NCBI GenBank assembly: GCA_965219415.1
Contig: OZ244742.1
Location: forward strand, 1,152,001-1,216,000
DNA length: 64,000 nucleotides
DNA from: Candidatus Marinacidobacterales bacterium
GTDB lineage: Bacteria > Acidobacteriota > Vicinamibacteria > Marinacidobacterales > DATDRI01
Reading direction: 5' to 3'
Shown here: positions 1 through 10,593 of the stretch, piece after piece
How positions within the stretch are numbered: the stretch's first letter is position 1
Layout: each line of letters begins with the position of its first letter
Notes under the pieces: generated by a model
Seen by the model: the letters and a program-made list of their open reading frames with translations, nothing else
Databases searched by the model: none
What the model was told of the DNA's origin: nothing
Position numbers and translations under genes: made by a program

Positions 1-15
1 TCCGGAGCGCTAGAT

Positions 16-466
16 TTACTTCCCGTTCGGCTTACTAAAAGCATTCGCGTTCTTTCCGACCCACTTCCCGATCGCCTCCACGACTTCTGCACTCGCCTGG
101 TACAGATCGCCTTCTCCGACGAAGGTCTTAAGGGTATCCCCAACGGTAAGAACCGCCTCCACCCGAATCCGCCGTTGCTCCGGGCTCCATTCCTCCTTAG
201 GTCAAGAAGGTCGTTTCCCCGAAGGGAGCGAAGGAATCGACCCCCACTAGCTCGATCTGAGCGTGCGCTGGCTCGGGCTCGGTGACGACGTCGAACCGGT
301 TCTGCTCGCGACCTTCGGCCGCTAGTCTCCGGCAAAAAAACGCCGTCAGATTGTCCGGGGTCTCGCTTCCGCTGAAACAGTAAAGGAGGGGTCGCCGGGA
401 TTCTTGGAGAGGGGGTGGACCCAGCGAGAATGCGACTGAGAGTATGATGCCCAAGACGATGCTCAT
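16..466 (-). pseudogene. Hypothetical exported protein, frameshifted
   Basis: Hydrophobic N-terminus (MSIVLGIILSVAFSLG). The ORF stops at 197, but a shifted frame (KEEWSPEQRRIRVEAVLTVG...KPNGK*) stays open to TAA at 16-18. Confidence 0.5.
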
Positions 467-598
467 TGGCAGCCTCCCAGGCTACATTATACCCTCCTAG
501 CCGGCCACCGCTCCCCTTTTGACTTTTCGGAGACTACGGGGCTATTTTCGCTCCCGTGGTTCGGTGCCACAACCTCTCTTAAACGGAGCTTTGTCACG

Positions 599-2587
599 GT
601 GACTCGAAAAGATTCGTCGGCGCCCCGGAGCCCCTCCGCGCTCAGCCGATGGCTTTCGAAATACCCGCTGCTCACTCTGGCCACCCTCGGCTTCGGAGCG
701 GCGGGTGTTCTACTCTGGCACTTCTCACGGCTGTCTTCCGAGCTGAGAGAGGCAGCGACGATAGAAAGTGCCGCCCGGTACTCCGAAGTGCTCGCCGAGT
801 TTCGAACGATCTACACGTCGGAGGTGGTGTCTCGGCTACGACCTCAGGGCATCGAAGTCACTCACGACTACCGATCGAAAGAACGTGCCATCCCACTCCC
901 CGCCACGCTGGCCTGATTCTTGGCGAACGAATCGGCAGAAATGGGTCCTCCGTCCGGGTGAGGCTCTATAGCGAATACCCTTTTCCGTGGCGTGAAGACG
1001 GGGGTCCGAGAAACGAGTTCGAACGGGCTGCCCTCGGCCATTTGAGGCGAACGCCGAACCGACCCTTCTTTCAATTCGCCGAGCTCCAGGGTCGACCCAC
1101 GCTGCAGTACGCAACGGCAGATCTCATGAGATCCCAGTGCATAGGTTGTCACAACTCCCACCCCGACAGTCCCAAAAGGGACTGGGCAGTGGGAGACGTG
1201 CGAGGCGTCCTCGAGGTCATCTTACCGATGGACAACGTGGAAGCGGTGGCTCGAACTGGGCTCAGAGGCACGTTGCTCCTGACATTGACCCTCATTCTGA
1301 CGGGCCTTGGTCTACTGGCCGTCGTAATCACCGGGCTCCGGCGCTCCTGGAAGATGGAGGAAAGACTGCAGGCACAACTGCGCCATTCTCAGAAGATGGA
1401 AACTATCGGAACGTTGGCGGGCGGCATCGCTCACGATTTCAATAACGTTCTGACTCCCATCCTCGGCTACGCGAACATGGCCCTTCGAGACACCCCTCCC
1501 GAAAGCCGCACCTATTCCGACATTCAGCACGTCGTCAGCGCCGGCAAACGCGCCAAAGAGCTCGTGAATCAGATTCTGACATTTAGTCGACGGACGGAGT
1601 GAGCCGGAGCGCAAACCGATCCAGATCGCACTCATCGTCACCGAGGCGCTGAAACTTCTCCGCTCTTCCCTGCCGTCCACGATCGAGTTCCGCCAAAACA
1701 TCGACCCGGATTGCGGTACTGTGCTTGCCGATGCGACCCAGATTCACCAGGTCCTTATGAATCTGTGCACTAACGCCTTTTTCGCCATGAGCGAGAACGG
1801 AGGGATGCTCGAAGTGAATCTGGATGTCGTGGAGTTCGACGACGAACTCGCGCGACCCCATCCCAAACTCGCTCTCGGACCTTATGTGAGGCTGACCGTC
1901 AGCGATTCCGGCCATGGAATGGATCCCGAGACCAGGGACCGCATCTTCGAACCGTTCTTTACGACCAAGGGCGTCGGCAAAGGGACCGGCCTCGGCCTTT
2001 CTGTAGTCCATGGAATCGTCGTGAACCACGGCGGCCAGATCACTGTATACAGCGAGCCCGGCTTGGGAACTACTTTCCACGTCTACTTGCCGCGCTCGGA
2101 GGCCCCGGCAGAGGAGCGAAAGGCGGCCCGCGTCCACCCGGAGGTCGTCATCACCGGCAGCGAACAGGTGTTGGTCGTGGATGATGACGAAGAGGTCGCT
2201 CGAATGGCGGAACAAATGCTGAAAAGGCTCGGTTACCGCGTAACGGCGTTCACCAACAGCGCCGAAGCCCGGGATACGTTCCTCGCCCACCCCGAGCGAT
2301 TCGACATCGTCATCACGGATCAGACGATGCCCCAGCTAACCGGCGTCGAACTGGCCAAGGAGCTGCTCGCCGCCCGGCCCGACCTACCCATCATTCTGAT
2401 TAGCGGTTTTAGCGAGCTCATCACTGGGGCGAAGATCAAGAAACTCGGGATTCGGCACTACCTCATGAAGCCCCTGGTCGGCGGCGAGCTTGCGGCTACG
2501 ATCAGACAAGTCCTAGATAAGGATGATGAAAGGGAAAAAACGAGACGCAAGAGGAGGGATGAGCGATGGCCCAAATTCTTGTTGTAG
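599..2587 (+). pseudogene. Hybrid sensor histidine kinase (Tll0287/DUF3365-like heme-c sensor, HisKA, HATPase, receiver) with two frameshifts
   Basis: TM helix, CIGCH heme-c motif, H-box LAGGIAHDFNN, PFFTTK..GKGTGLGL, receiver (VLVVDDD, ITDQTMP, KP). Split by a 1-nt loss near 914 and a CGGA duplication at 1591-1598. Confidence 0.9.
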
Positions 2588-2922
2588 ACGACAACGACGA
2601 TATACGGGAAATGCTCCGGCAACTACTGGAACGCGCCGGCCATGATGTCTCCGACACCCACAACGCGGACGAGGCGTTACAGAGCTACCGAGACAAGCCG
2701 GCGGATCTCCTCATCGTCGATCTACTGATGCCAGATAAACAGGGCATGACCAGCATCCCGGAGTTCCTGCGGGAGTTCCCAGACGTTAAGATCATTGCGA
2801 TTTCGGGGGCCGGCCGGGAGTTTCTCGCCATCGTCAAGAAGCTCGGCGCCCAACGCGCATACACCAAGCCTTTGGAGCTCGATGAGCTGATGCAAGGCGT
2901 CCAAGAGCTCCTTGGCGATTGA
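2566..2922 (+). CDS. Single-domain response regulator receiver
   Basis: ILVVDDN, DLLIVDLLMP, IIAISG and TKP motifs; overlaps the kinase 3' end. Confidence 0.92.
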   Translation: MAQILVVDDNDDIREMLRQLLERAGHDVSDTHNADEALQSYRDKPADLLIVDLLMPDKQGMTSIPEFLREFPDVKIIAISGAGREFLAIVKKLGAQRAYTKPLELDELMQGVQELLGD

Positions 2923-2932
2923 GGAGGAAGGA

Positions 2933-3391
2933 ATGCAACGAATGATTATACTCGTTTCGCTCATAGTCTTCGCAGCTTCCGCGGTCATCGCGCAGGAAGC
3001 CGATCAACAAGTCGCCGAAGAGATCATCGCCATCACGAAGGCGCAGTGGGCGGCCGAAAAGGAAAAGAACGTAGCGGAAGCGATGAAGAACGTCGCCGAC
3101 GAGTACACCGAGTTCAACCCCAACTCCCCGTTCCGCGTCGATGGGAAGGCGTTGGCTGTCCAAATCCAAGAGGTCCTCTCCACCGGAAACGGCAGATCGG
3201 TCTTGGCCGAGATGGCCAATGAGAAGGTCCAGGTCTATGGGGACGTCGCGATCCTCACCTACAACTATTTCGGCGCGGTCAAGGACGAGAACGGCAACAT
3301 TCAGCAAACACCCGCCAAGTCGACTCGTGTCTACGCGAAGAAGAACGGAAAGTGGATGCTCGTCCACGCCAACTTTGCGGTCGCAAATTGA
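2933..3391 (+). CDS. Exported NTF2/SnoaL-like (DUF4440) protein
   Basis: GAGGAGG RBS, signal peptide, VQVYGDVAILTY...TRVYAKKNGKWMLVHANF. Confidence 0.85.
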   Translation: MQRMIILVSLIVFAASAVIAQEADQQVAEEIIAITKAQWAAEKEKNVAEAMKNVADEYTEFNPNSPFRVDGKALAVQIQEVLSTGNGRSVLAEMANEKVQVYGDVAILTYNYFGAVKDENGNIQQTPAKSTRVYAKKNGKWMLVHANFAVAN

Positions 3392-3402
3392 GAGGACAAC
3401 TT

Positions 3403-3912
3403 CTACGAGCAGGACCGGTAAACAAGCATTCCCAAAACCCCGGCCACCACCCCCAGAAGGAGCGTGATCACAGTCTTGGTCCTCGACGTTCCCCCTTGCG
3501 CCTGGGTTGAGATCATCTCGCCGAAGGATGCGGCTTTGACTTGCTCATCCAATTGTTCGACAACGGCGATGGCCTGCTCGGTGGGTTTGACGTACCTCTT
3601 CACTCCGCTCTGAACGTCCCACATCTGGACCATGACGTACTGCAGACGAGCTAGTGAAGACAAAATGTCGTGAAACTCTGTCCCCAGCACCTTGCCGGCT
3701 GCAACGTCGTAACCGACATCCGCCGCTAATTGCGGCTCTTGGACCCACCCGTGTTTTTCGATCTTCCTCCCCCCGGGACTCTCGAGGCGAGAGCCATCCG
3801 CGCCTCTTGGGCTTGTGTCGGTGGGGCGGTGAAAGTTGACGAGAATCGTCAGGACTCTTTTCTCGTCCGGAGTTAGTTTGTCCGTCACGACATGCTCTCG
3901 AGGAATCCTCAC
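3403..3912 (-). CDS. Hypothetical protein with C-terminal membrane anchor
   Basis: 169-aa ORF with C-terminal TM (VITLLLGVVAGVLGMLVY). Its GTG start overlaps the extended rhodanese stop (GTGA). Confidence 0.6.
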   Translation of the reverse strand: MRIPREHVVTDKLTPDEKRVLTILVNFHRPTDTSPRGADGSRLESPGGRKIEKHGWVQEPQLAADVGYDVAAGKVLGTEFHDILSSLARLQYVMVQMWDVQSGVKRYVKPTEQAIAVVEQLDEQVKAASFGEMISTQAQGGTSRTKTVITLLLGVVAGVLGMLVYRSCS

Positions 3913-4406
3913 GGATTCATTTTAATGGGCACCCCGAGCCCCGTCTCCACCGGATGGCCCCCTAGATCCCATGCACCGAAACCACCTTTCAGCGCCGAAA
4001 CATTCGCGAATCCTGCCGTCTTGAGCACAAGCGCCGCACGGGCGCTAATCTCTTCGGCCTGTCACGTGCAGTAGGTGACAATCGAAGCATCGCGACTGAT
4101 CTCTGGAACGCGTTTGCCGAGATCGTTAAGGGGAATGGAGATAGCTCCGGGAATGTGTCCTCGCAGGAAGCTGTCTCGGTTCCGCACATCGATGACTATA
4201 ACGTTGGGCTCTTTTGGCCTTTCGAGGAGGGACAGGAAATCTTCGAGCGAGATTCGTGCAATGTCCGTCTTGCCGAACTCCTTGTTGCGCTCGACCGATC
4301 GCGGTTCTTCAGAAACAGCGGGGACGCGAGCATCGGAGGGCGGCCCCTCGCAAGCCGCGGCCAGCAGAAGCGACGCAAGAATCACAAGCGATCCGTAGGC
4401 CTTCAC
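3909..4406 (-). CDS. Rhodanese-like lipoprotein, probable selenoprotein (in-frame TGA at 4062-4064)
   Basis: Lipobox LLAAAC, IDVR...F..GHIPGA, IVTYCT-TGA-QAEEISARAALVLKTAGFANVSALKGGFGAWDLGGHPVE, final TGA at 3909-3911. Confidence 0.85.
4030..4046 (-). promoter_or_regulatory. Candidate bacterial SECIS hairpin
   Basis: AGCGCC-CGTGC-GGCGCT stem-loop starting 15 nt 3' of the in-frame TGA. Confidence 0.6.
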
Positions 4407-4636
4407 ATTGTCCTTCCTTGTCCTTCCTTCGGTTTGTGGAGTTGGTCGGGAAACGGGTAGCTCCCCCTCAAGAAATTATACGCGAATCTGGCCTTTCGAG
4501 CGATCGGGAGCCCTGTGGATTGACATTGGAAGGCGGTGGGTCTAGCCTACCGCCCAGCGTTCTAAAAGCCTCCCTCATTCCAGCCGGTTACAAGGAGGCA
4601 TCTAATAAGAAAATACCCTTTCATGCGGGGGAAATC

Positions 4637-5140
4637 ATGACGAAATGTGAATTCTTATTGACCGCGGGGGCGCTGCTCGCCGTTATTGCCTGCGGCCCCC
4701 CGCCCGTCCCGCCACCCGAAGCGACACCCGAGATCGACATCGAAGCAGAAAGAGCCGCGCTGACCGAAGCCGCCAACCGCTATAACGAGAGCGGCCATTC
4801 GATGGACATCGACGCTATGGCATCCCTTTACGCAAGCGACGCTTTGGTGATGCCTCCCAACATGGAGACGCAGGAAGGGGCGGAAGGAGTCCGCGAGTTC
4901 CTGACCGCCTTCAAGGAGCTCCCCGGTTTCGAGGTCAGCTTCGGAACGCCGACCGTCGTGGTATCCAAGGGAGCCGACATGGGCTACACGCTCGCCGATA
5001 TCGAGCTCTCGTTCGACGGCCCGGATGGAAAGCCGGTGAGCTCGCGGGAACGTGATTTCCATCTTTGGAGAAAACAGGCAGACGGTTCTTGGAAGATTGT
5101 CGTTGACATTTGGAACTCGCCGGTTCCCGCAGGCGAGTAG
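4637..5140 (+). CDS. SnoaL/DUF4440 family lipoprotein
   Basis: Lipobox VIAC, Pro-rich linker, LYASDALVMPPN, SKGADMGY, WRKQADGSWKIVVDIWNS. Confidence 0.85.
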   Translation: MTKCEFLLTAGALLAVIACGPPPVPPPEATPEIDIEAERAALTEAANRYNESGHSMDIDAMASLYASDALVMPPNMETQEGAEGVREFLTAFKELPGFEVSFGTPTVVVSKGADMGYTLADIELSFDGPDGKPVSSRERDFHLWRKQADGSWKIVVDIWNSPVPAGE

Positions 5141-5170
5141 CAGAAGTTGCGAACTGATAAAAGGAGGGGC

Positions 5171-5445
5171 ATGAGGAGCTCCTCTTCGTTGCTGTCTTCC
5201 CTTGTGCTGTTCTTGGTGTGTTCGTCTGCAGTGCCGCCCGTTCCTTCCATCGACCTCGAAGCCGAGAACGGGCGGCGCTCCACGAAGCGGCCGACGCGTT
5301 CCAGGAGGCTGCCCCGTCGATGGATGTCGAGACGTTTCAACGCGTCAGAGAATTCCACCTCTGGAAGAAACAGGACGACGACTCCTGGAAGATCGCTATC
5401 GATATCTGGAACTCGGGGACTCCCCCACTAACACAGGGCCAATGA
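5171..5445 (+). pseudogene. Internally deleted paralog of the upstream SnoaL lipoprotein
   Basis: IDLEAE..AALHEAA and FHLWKKQDDDSWKIAIDIWNS match both ends of 4637-5140; the middle is missing and there is a frameshift. Confidence 0.8.
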
Positions 5446-5475
5446 AAATCACAGAGCATGGGAGATGTCGTGTCT

Positions 5476-7128
5476 ATGACAAGCAAAGTGGGAAGCCTGA
5501 TCATGCTGGCGGCGGTCTTCGCCGCAGGAGCGAGCAGGGCGGAGGAAAGCCCAATGGCCGGCGGCTACGATGACCTGGTAGCGCTGTTTGAAGACTGGCG
5601 GCAGTTCGAAGAACCGCCCTTGCTCGACGGGGCGCCTGACTACACGGCGGAACGATTCGCCGCGGCCTATGCAAAACTTGCGGATTACCAGGGTCGCCTG
5701 AAGGCGATCGACGCAAGTGGTTGGCCCATCGAGCAACAGGTCGACTGGCACATCGTGCGCGCCGAAATGAACGGATTCGACTTCAACCACCGCGTGCTCA
5801 AACCGTGGGTGCGTGATCCGGCGTTTTACCAATCAGTGTGGACCGAGAAGAGTGACGTCCCGGCGCACGAAGGACCGACTCACCACGCGGTGCTGGAACT
5901 GTGGACCTACGAATTTCCGCTGTCCGCCGGCGAAGAGCAGCGCCTGATCGGTGATCTGCGGGTGATTCCGCCACTCATGACACAGGCACGTGGCAATCTG
6001 ACCGGCAATGCGCGCGATCTTTGGGTAGCCGGCATCCGAAACATCGAGGGACAGCGAGCGAATCTCGATCTGATCGTCGGGAAAGTAGGGCCGGATGCGA
6101 GCGCCGAGCTAGAAAAGGCGCTAAAGGCCGCCAAAACGGCGACCGACGAGCTCGTCGCCTGGCTCGAAGAGCAGGCACCGTCCAAGACCGGGCCCTCCGG
6201 CATCGGCAAAGACAATTACACTTGGTACCAGCAGAACGTCCATCTCGTCCCGATGACTTGGGAAGATGAAGTTCGTTTGCTGAAACGAGAACTAGACCGT
6301 GCCTGGTCGTCCCTGCGCCTCGAAGAGCAGCGCAACCGTGACTTGCCGCAGCTGGTCGCCGCTTCGACGCCGGAGGAATACGATCGCCGCGCCGATGAAG
6401 CGGCGACGAAGTTCATCAAGTTCCTGCGAGAACAAGAAATTCTAACGGTGAAAGACTATATGGATCCGGCTCTGCGGGAACACCTCGGTCATTTTGTTCC
6501 CGAGGAAGAACGGAATTTCTTTCGGATCGCGATGCACTACGATCCCCTGTCCCTCTATACACATTTCTATCACTGGTTCGATCTGGCACAAATGCGCGAT
6601 GAACCGCACAAGAGCCTGATTCGACGAGCCCCTCTGCTTTACAATATTTTCGACAGCCGAAACGAGGGCACCGCGACCGGAGTCGAGGAAATGTTCATGC
6701 ACGCCGGGCTCTACGACGATAACCTGCGTTCGCGCGAGATCGTCTGGATCCTGCTCGCACAACGTGCCGCCCGTGGTCTCGGTTCACTCTACGCGCACGC
6801 CAACGAGATGACCATGGCGGAAGCGGGGACGGTCCATGTCGAATGGACGCCGCGGGGTTGGATGAGCGCCGAGCTCGACCTCCTCAAGTTCGAACAGCAG
6901 CTCTATTTACGCCAGCCTGGTTACGGCACGAGCTATGTCACCGGGAAATACTTGCTCGAGCGACTCATGGGCGAGTACAGCAAGGAACTCGAAGCGCGCG
7001 GCGAAGAGTTTGTCATGGCTGATTTCTTCGATGAGCTCAACGACGCTGGCAGTGTCCCCATCTCACTGGTTCGCTGGCAAATGACCGGTCGCGACGACGA
7101 GATCAAGATGATGATGGGTGAGGACTAG
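5476..7128 (+). CDS. DUF885-like exported protein
   Basis: Signal peptide; C-terminal [15 protein letters not shown]...[13 protein letters not shown] pattern typical of DUF885. Confidence 0.7.
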   Translation: MTSKVGSLIMLAAVFAAGASRAEESPMAGGYDDLVALFEDWRQFEEPPLLDGAPDYTAERFAAAYAKLADYQGRLKAIDASGWPIEQQVDWHIVRAEMNGFDFNHRVLKPWVRDPAFYQSVWTEKSDVPAHEGPTHHAVLELWTYEFPLSAGEEQRLIGDLRVIPPLMTQARGNLTGNARDLWVAGIRNIEGQRANLDLIVGKVGPDASAELEKALKAAKTATDELVAWLEEQAPSKTGPSGIGKDNYTWYQQNVHLVPMTWEDEVRLLKRELDRAWSSLRLEEQRNRDLPQLVAASTPEEYDRRADEAATKFIKFLREQEILTVKDYMDPALREHLGHFVPEEERNFFRIAMHYDPLSLYTHFYHWFDLAQMRDEPHKSLIRRAPLLYNIFDSRNEGTATGVEEMFMHAGLYDDNLRSREIVWILLAQRAARGLGSLYAHANEMTMAEAGTVHVEWTPRGWMSAELDLLKFEQQLYLRQPGYGTSYVTGKYLLERLMGEYSKELEARGEEFVMADFFDELNDAGSVPISLVRWQMTGRDDEIKMMMGED

Positions 7129-7152
7129 CTCGAGAGAAAGCTCGACACTCTG

Positions 7153-8133
7153 GTGCGCGATTTTCCGGTCATCGATATCTCCACACTCCATGGCGCCGGA
7201 CCGGCCCGGACCGCGCTGGCCCGACAGATCGATACCGTCTGTCGCGACATCGGCTTCGTTGCGGTGACCGGACACGCCGTGCCCGGCGATATCCTTGACG
7301 ACATGCGGGCGGTGACGCGAGCCTTCTTCGATTCGCCTGTGGAGAAGAAGCTCGAGGTCAAAATGCCGTATGCGGGATACCCCTACGGTTACGCACCCTT
7401 CCAAGCCGAGGCTCTGGCAAAGTCGCGAGGGCACGAAACGCCGCCGGACCTCAAGGAAACGTTCAGTATCGGCCCGATTCATCTACCAGAAGGAGATATC
7501 CGCAACGAGGAAGACGCATTCCGCTTCGCGCGCACGCAATGGCCCCGCGAGCCCGAGGCATTTCGTGCGATTTGGACCCGCTACTTCGACGCGTTGGCGG
7601 AGTTGTCCCGTGTCGTGATGAGGGCGTTCGCACTAGCGCTGGATCTCCCCGAGGATTTCTTCGAGGACAAGATCGACCGCCACGGTAGCGCCCTCCGGGC
7701 CCTCGACTACCCGCAGCTTCGCGCGACGCCTTTGCCAGGCCAGTTCCGTGCCGGTCCACATTCTGACTACGGGAGCCTGACCATCTTGCTGCCCGAGGAC
7801 GGCTCCAGCGGACTCGAGATTCAAACCGCGGATGGCAGCTGGCGCGAGGTGCCTCCGGTTCCCGGCGCGTTCATCGTAAACATCGGCGACTTGATGGCGC
7901 GATGGACCAACGACCGCTGGGTATCGACGATGCATCGGGTGGTCGGCTCGGCCGACGGAGGTTGGCGCCGCCGTCGGTCGATCGCTTTCTTCCACCTCCC
8001 GAACTGGGACGCGTCGATCACTTGCCTGCCCAGCTGCGTGGCCGATGGCGACGAGCCTAAGTATCCGCCCGTTGTCTCGGGCCCGTATTTGATGCAGAAG
8101 TTTCGGAGTACCCTGCTCAGCCGCAATGGTTGA
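7153..8133 (+). CDS. Isopenicillin-N-synthase-like 2OG-Fe(II) oxygenase
   Basis: PVIDIS, IGFVAVTGH, HSDYGSLTIL, VNIGDLMARWTNDRWVSTMHRV, RRSIAFF. Confidence 0.93.
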   Translation: MRDFPVIDISTLHGAGPARTALARQIDTVCRDIGFVAVTGHAVPGDILDDMRAVTRAFFDSPVEKKLEVKMPYAGYPYGYAPFQAEALAKSRGHETPPDLKETFSIGPIHLPEGDIRNEEDAFRFARTQWPREPEAFRAIWTRYFDALAELSRVVMRAFALALDLPEDFFEDKIDRHGSALRALDYPQLRATPLPGQFRAGPHSDYGSLTILLPEDGSSGLEIQTADGSWREVPPVPGAFIVNIGDLMARWTNDRWVSTMHRVVGSADGGWRRRRSIAFFHLPNWDASITCLPSCVADGDEPKYPPVVSGPYLMQKFRSTLLSRNG

Positions 8134-8205
8134 GCTCGCCGCCAGCCCTTGGTCGTGTGAAGAATCGCCAACCTCGTGCGACAATGAGGTATAGCGCTCA
8201 AATCC

Positions 8206-8723
8206 ATGGCCTTCAAAGGACGACTCGAGACCACGCCGCTGTTGGAGCTCATCCAGCTCCTCGCCTATTCGCGAAAGAGCGGCATCTTGATGGTGGAGGC
8301 CAAAGAAACGAGAAGACTGGTGATCTTCCAAGAGGGAAACGTCGTTTGTACCTACAGCCCGACTACCCATTCGTTGCTGCTCAAGGCCTCCAAGGAAACG
8401 GACCCGGACCGTCGCTTGTCGCTGCGGCGGATCCAAGCCTTGATTTCACTGGGGGAGCTCTTCGACCAGGCAGAGGGAGACTATCACTTTGTCAGGGGGT
8501 CGAAGCCGGTGGCCAAATTGCAAGACCTCAGCATCAAAGTTTTCTACGACGACGGGGCTTTGGATTCCGGTGACTTGCTGGTGGCGTTGGAGAGGACGAT
8601 GTCGGCCGAAGATCCACAAGTGGCCCGGGCCGCACCGTTGCCCGAGCAGGATTATTCCGATCAACGGCGCCACCCTCGCTACGCCCCGATCATCATCAAA
8701 GGTGAGCTCGTGGTGTCGGGTAG
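8206..8723 (+). pseudogene. DUF4388 (PatA-N-like) protein with start of a PilZ-like domain, truncated by an IS
   Basis: MAFKGRLETTPLLELIQLL..SRKSGIL; RRHPRY (RxxxR) motif just before the junction with IS256 sequence at ~8724. Confidence 0.75.
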
Positions 8724-8973
8724 GTGCATTAGACCAAGGGGGACCAACGAACGGATCATCTCTACCTTGGCGTCCAGCGCGAGTTCCCCGTAATCCTCGT
8801 GCCTCACCATCTCGACCTCACCCAAACGACGCGACTTCTTGCGTTTCTTGACCGAACGTAGCAGACTTCCCATCTCGGCTCCTTTCTTCGCGGCTTGATT
8901 TTGTTTTGTCCAACGCCATCAAACCACGGGGTTTGGAGCCGTTTCAATTCCCAACTAAGATTGGCACACTTTC
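8724..8973 (-). mobile_element. 5' fragment of IS256 type A
   Basis: Near-identical to the 5' ~250 bp of the copies at 13404-14837 and 39011-40445, including the terminal IR. Confidence 0.95.
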
Positions 8974-9047
8974 CTGCTTTCTGGCGGGTAAGTCCGTGTT
9001 TAGAATATGAACGCTTGGCTTTGTGTTGGTGTTTTGCAGGTTGGAGC

Positions 9048-9134
9048 GGGGACAGTTCGGGGACAGTCATGAATCCATGGTAGCGCAATCAATAAGTTAC
9101 CGCAGCACTTTGGATTGGAAATCCTCGGCGTCGG
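9048..9134 (+). other. att-like site: arm-type direct repeats, IHF site and degenerate tRNA-Phe core
   Basis: GGGGACAGT at 9048 and 9059; AATCAATAAGTTA (WATCAANNNNTTR) at 9087-9099; GGATTGGAAATCCTCGGCGTCGG resembles tRNA-Phe GGACTGAAAATCCTTGCGTCGG. Confidence 0.55.
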
Positions 9135-9224
9135 TTAGGCGCGTAGGAGTGAGAGCGAGACTCATGAGGTAGAATCCAAGAGCGAGAGTCTCTGGTGGGG
9201 GGAATGAATGTCGAGGCAACAGGG

Positions 9225-10593
9225 GGATGTGTGCCGAGGTCCGTGGAAAAAGAACGGTGCCCTCCACTCCGTCATCAGAGTATCATATCAGGCGGCAACC
9301 TCTGCGTGTTCGAGAACCTCGCTCAGACGTTGGTAGCCGTCGATGCGTCGTAGTTGAATCTGGCCAGAGGCGATAAGCCCAAACAGCAAAGCGACCGCGG
9401 ACTCCTCGCTGGAGAACGACGCTTGGGTTTTCGTCCGGCGTCGAAACTCGCGGTTGAGATTCTCCAGAGCTTTGGTCGTTCGAAACGATTTCCACATGGC
9501 ACGAGGGAATTCGTAGAAGGTCAGCAGCTGATTACCGGCCTCCTCTAGGCTTCGGACGACGGCCGGCGCGAGAGGCGTCCACTTGGCGACGAGCTCGTCA
9601 TAGGCTTTGCGAGCATCGAACCCGTTCTTGGCGTAGACGATCCGGTTGTAGTCACGCCGGAGCTCACGGCGTGCGTGCGCCGGGCAATGTTGGAGCAAGT
9701 TGGCGTGCTTGTGCTCGGTACATCGCTGCAACCGGCACCCCGGCCACTTCTCCAGCGCTTTCGTCAGCCCCTTGTGGCCGTCGCTGATCACTAGCTTGGG
9801 AGCCCGGAGTCCTCGAGCCTGGAGTCCCTCCAGCACGGAGCCCCAATGCGTCGAGGCTTCGCTCACCGCCAGACGCAATGACAACAGACGTTTGTGCCCG
9901 TCTGGCGCGACCCCGAGCGCGGCCAGTACGGGTACGCTGATCACACGTTTCGCCATCCGCACTTTCAGGTGGAAGCCGTCCAGGTAAACGATCGCGTAGA
10001 CCTCCTCGCTGAGAGCACGGTTCTGCCATTCCTCGAAGCGCTCCTTCAGCCGGCTAACCACGCGAGACACCGCGCTCTTCGATAGGTGCTCCTCACCGAG
10101 CAGTGGTTTCAGCGCTTTGCGGACCCGGCGGGCTATTCGCGCCCGACAAGTACGTCCCCAAGATCGCCTCGTCGACCTCACGAGTCCGGCGCGGCGTACC
10201 GGGGCAACAGCTCGCTCCTGAACTCTGTCGTCTCTCCCGTTTCCTCGTCTCGCACGCGGGCTCGTGGCACCCGGAGCTCGCGAGTTCCCACCGACGTCGT
10301 CACGCGACGGGTTTCGGCTCCGTTGCGATATCCACGGCGGTCTTCCGCACGCTCGTAGCTACCACACCCCAGCGCTTGGTTGACTTCTTCCTCGAGCACG
10401 ACCTCGATCGCCTCCAGTACCCGCTTACGCAGCCGAAGTTGGACGAACTCCCGGTACTCGCTTACAGACTCCTTCGATATGGTGGTAGGCTTTTTCATGG
10501 CGTAATCCTCCTCCTCGCCTTTCCAGGCGCGGTTTCGTTTTGCTTAACCGGAGGTTACGCCATTCTTATTTCCACGGGAAGCGGGACGGATCC
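9225..10593 (-). mobile_element. IS256 family element type B, frameshifted transposase (9288-10498)
   Basis: Imperfect IRs GGATGTGTGCCGAGGTCCGTGGAAA / GGATCCGTCCCGCTTCCCGTGGAAA; 8-bp TSD CAACAGGG (9217-9224, 10594-10601); YRNG, YLDG, ISDGHKGL and QRC motifs split near 10150-10190. Confidence 0.92.

Noticed and set aside
914-916. TGA in the sensor kinase as a second Sec codon
   Set aside because: Homology continues in a different frame and the same frame soon hits another TGA, so it is a frameshift. The TGA at 1600-1602 is likewise explained by the CGGA duplication.
9231-9240. GTGCCGAGG match to the tRNA-Phe end as the island att
   Set aside because: It lies within the IS256-B terminal inverted repeat and is too short to be meaningful.
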